From assembly GCA_039935355.1 (NCBI GenBank), contig JBDTKL010000218.1, positions 1 through 27,934 of the forward strand: a DNA stretch of 27,934 nt, given 5' to 3'. This document shows, piece by piece, positions 25,773 to 27,934 of this stretch. The notes under the pieces are model-generated. The model was given only the letters and a program-made list of their open reading frames with translations, did not search any database and was not told the DNA's origin. The translations under genes were made by a program, and so were the position numbers. The DNA is from Candidatus Tumulicola sp. Its GTDB lineage: Bacteria; Vulcanimicrobiota; Vulcanimicrobiia; Vulcanimicrobiales; Vulcanimicrobiaceae. Position 1 is the stretch's first letter, and each line of letters opens with the position of its first letter.

Positions 25773-25941
25773 AAGCGATCTCCCTCAAAAAGTGACGACT
25801 GCGGCTGTTACACGAGATAGACAGCAGCGCCTACTTGTAGTAAGTGCCGCAGGTAAGGCGATAACAGCAAGTAATAGTCCCCAAAGACCAGTACCGCTGG
25901 GACGCCTCGTAGAACTTGCATTTCTCTTGGAGGAACGTTCG

Positions 25942-27002
25942 ATGAATCGTTTCCGTTGCTATCTTCTCTCGACGCTCGCAGTTTCGATAACCGCGGGCTG
26001 TGCTGGCGCCACAAACAATGCTGCGTTTCAGCATCCCGGACGTTACCGCAACCCGATCGCATACGACCGCCCTTAACGGCGGCATTTTTGCGCTTGTACG
26101 TGTCAAATAGCGGCAATAACACCGTTACCATGTATCTTCATCCAGTCCGGAAAACTCAAACAAACGATAAGCGATAACATTCAATGGCCGGTGTCCGTTG
26201 CCGTCGATTCGTCGGGCACCACATACGTGGCAAATTGCGGTGGCGCGTGCAACGGTAATGGGAGCGTCGCAGTGATCGGTAAGAATGGTAAAAAGGTTCG
26301 ACTAATTACCGACGACATCAGCCGGCCGGAATCGGTGGCCGTGGATCCGCAGGGGAATCTGTACGTTGCGAGCGTGGGCCGCTCGTTCACGACACACATA
26401 ATCGTTCCCCTTCGATCGCGATGTATGCGCCGGGATCCAAGTCGCCCGCGGTTCGAATAACGTCTGGGGTTGCGCAGCCGAGTACGGTGGCGCTCGACGA
26501 ATCCGAAAACGTCTATGTCGCCAATCATGGCTTCGTTACCGAGTATGCACCGCAATTGGGAAGTGCTATTCGCTATATCAACATCCGTGCGCCACTCGCG
26601 TTTGCTTTCGATGCAAGCGGCAACCTATACATCGGTAATAATAGCCGAAATGGGAGCGATGTCGAGGTTTACGCACCCGGCCAAACCAACCCGTTCGAAA
26701 CGATTACGGAAGGTGTCAATCAGCCGTACGCGATGACGATGGATCCGGCTGGGAACCTCTACGTCGCCAATACGTTCGACAACAACGTAACCGTGTACGC
26801 GCTCGGGACGACGACGCCGTTCGCTACCATCTCCCAAGGCGTCTCGCAACCTCGGGGCATCATCCTCGACGGTGACGGAAATGTCTATGTAGCGAATGCC
26901 TCGGCGAACTCCGTCACCGAATATGCGGCGGGACACTTTTCATTAATACAAACCATCACGGACGGCGTGAACTATCCCCAATGGCTTGCATTCGGCCCGT
27001 AG
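25942..27002 (+). pseudogene. NHL-repeat beta-propeller lipoprotein interrupted by three frameshifts (about 353 aa if repaired)
   Basis: GGAGG SD, ATG 25942 and lipobox TAGC. Coherent sequence continues through frame changes near 26040, 26140 and 26375-26420. Repeats P.SVAVD..G.LYVAN occur in successive frames. Confidence 0.8.
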
Positions 27003-27005
27003 CCG

Positions 27006-27656
27006 TTACGTTCGATCGGCAACGAACCATACCAATGCGGCCGCGGCATCGACGGCTAATCTTGCTTGAGCTGCCGTTAGCTTGGCATCTGCGAGATCGT
27101 CCAACGAGTCGATCAACTGTGCCAAGTTCCGCAATCCAACGCGGACGACCGCGGCGGTCTTGTTTTTCCCGCCGATGCCGTCGCCGGCGATTCGGCCCGC
27201 GGATTCGACGAGTTGCCGCGATCCCGCCACGGCATCGCCTGGTAGCTCTCCAGCTAGCACTCGCAGCCGCCGGATGCGGTCGTCGATTGCCGCGGCGTCG
27301 TCGAGGCTCGTTAGCGCGAACGAACTCGCGTCGGTTACGGCAACTCGAAACGTGCCGTCCGTTAACGAAAAGCCGTCCCGCTCCGCAGAGCCGATGAGAA
27401 AAGCTTTCTTCGAATCGGCGACTTCATCGATCAAAGCGCCGAGCGCGTCGCCCAGTTGTTGCAGTTGCCGTTCGTCGTTACGATCGACCCCTGCGAGATA
27501 CCGGCGAAATTGCGTCCGTCGAGCGCCGCCCGAATCGTCGTCGGTCTTGCCCGGGCGGATGCCGGCGCGCTCGAAGGCCCGGTCGAGGGGACGAAGCGGA
27601 ATCGACGCACAAGCGTCGGCGAACTTCGAGAGTGTTTCCTTACTGAACGTGGCCAT
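27006..27656 (-). CDS. Abortive-infection (AbiJ/Abi_C)-like protein, shortened, HEPN motif not visible (216 aa)
   Basis: GAAGG SD. SGGARR...YLAGVD and ERDGF segments, PGDAVAGSRQLVES and ARLAVDAAAALVWFV all resemble Abi_C-family motifs as recalled by eye. Confidence 0.55.
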   Translation of the reverse strand: MATFSKETLSKFADACASIPLRPLDRAFERAGIRPGKTDDDSGGARRTQFRRYLAGVDRNDERQLQQLGDALGALIDEVADSKKAFLIGSAERDGFSLTDGTFRVAVTDASSFALTSLDDAAAIDDRIRRLRVLAGELPGDAVAGSRQLVESAGRIAGDGIGGKNKTAAVVRVGLRNLAQLIDSLDDLADAKLTAAQARLAVDAAAALVWFVADRT

Positions 27657-27674
27657 TACGGCGCCTTCGACGCT

Positions 27675-27934
27675 CTAACGGAAATTCCGAGCGTGAATGC
27701 CGTCGGCGATGCCGCCGCCGTCGAAGGCGTACGCACGCTGTGCCAGCACATCGACGGAACCTAACTCCTTCTGCAGTTTGCCTTCGACGATCAGCATCGA
27801 CGACGCGCGAATCACGCGGCGATAGCGTTCGAAAACGTCCGGCCGAACGATCACGTTGACGAGTCCGGTTTCGTCCTCGAGGGTTAAAAAGACGAAACCC
27901 TTGGCGGTGCCTGGGCGCTGGCGCGTGATCACCA
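27675..27934 (-). CDS. dnaE2: Error-prone DNA polymerase DnaE2, C-terminal OB-fold (partial; 5' part outside the window)
   Basis: ITRQRPGTAKGFVFLTLEDETGLVNVIV, and terminal ARNFR matching the DnaE2 SRDF[H/R]-type tail. Confidence 0.9.
   Translation of the reverse strand, partial: VITRQRPGTAKGFVFLTLEDETGLVNVIVRPDVFERYRRVIRASSMLIVEGKLQKELGSVDVLAQRAYAFDGGGIADGIHARNFR

Noticed and set aside
1-27934. tRNA, rRNA, IS element, integrase or prophage genes
   Set aside because: No cloverleaf, rRNA-like tract, transposase/integrase motif or terminal inverted repeat was recognised. The intergenic gaps are short and were read directly.

Overview
A GC-rich bacterial chromosomal window with no rRNA, tRNA, CRISPR array or mobile element that I can support. 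The gene style suggests a soil Candidatus Eremiobacterota-like organism, but that is inference only. The left third is housekeeping: aroQ, divergent hslO (Hsp33), and a tightly packed minus-strand run of small membrane protein-rlmD-gatC-gatA-gatB-mutS2-tyrS-76 aa Cys-rich protein. The middle is an accessory envelope/regulatory block: a TonB-like Pro-rich membrane protein, a MocA-like nucleotidyltransferase, a beta-propeller-like lipoprotein, a YXWGXW-repeat protein, a helical lipoprotein plus small helical partner, a helical-repeat/LuxR regulator, a secreted protein and a PAS-GAF-PP2C-HATPase protein. The right part holds a SNF2 helicase-SWIM pair, a GNAT, an S53 peptidase lipoprotein, a triple-frameshifted NHL-repeat lipoprotein, an AbiJ/Abi_C-like protein apparently lacking its HEPN motif, and the 3' end of dnaE2. 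Best novel candidates: (i) a near-consensus promoter (14458-14486) that would give a leaderless 32-aa ORF coupled to the lipoprotein/helical-partner pair next to the LuxR regulator; (ii) the degenerate Abi-like gene behind dnaE2; (iii) the small Zn-ribbon-like gene behind tyrS. All family assignments come from motif recognition by eye; no database search was run.
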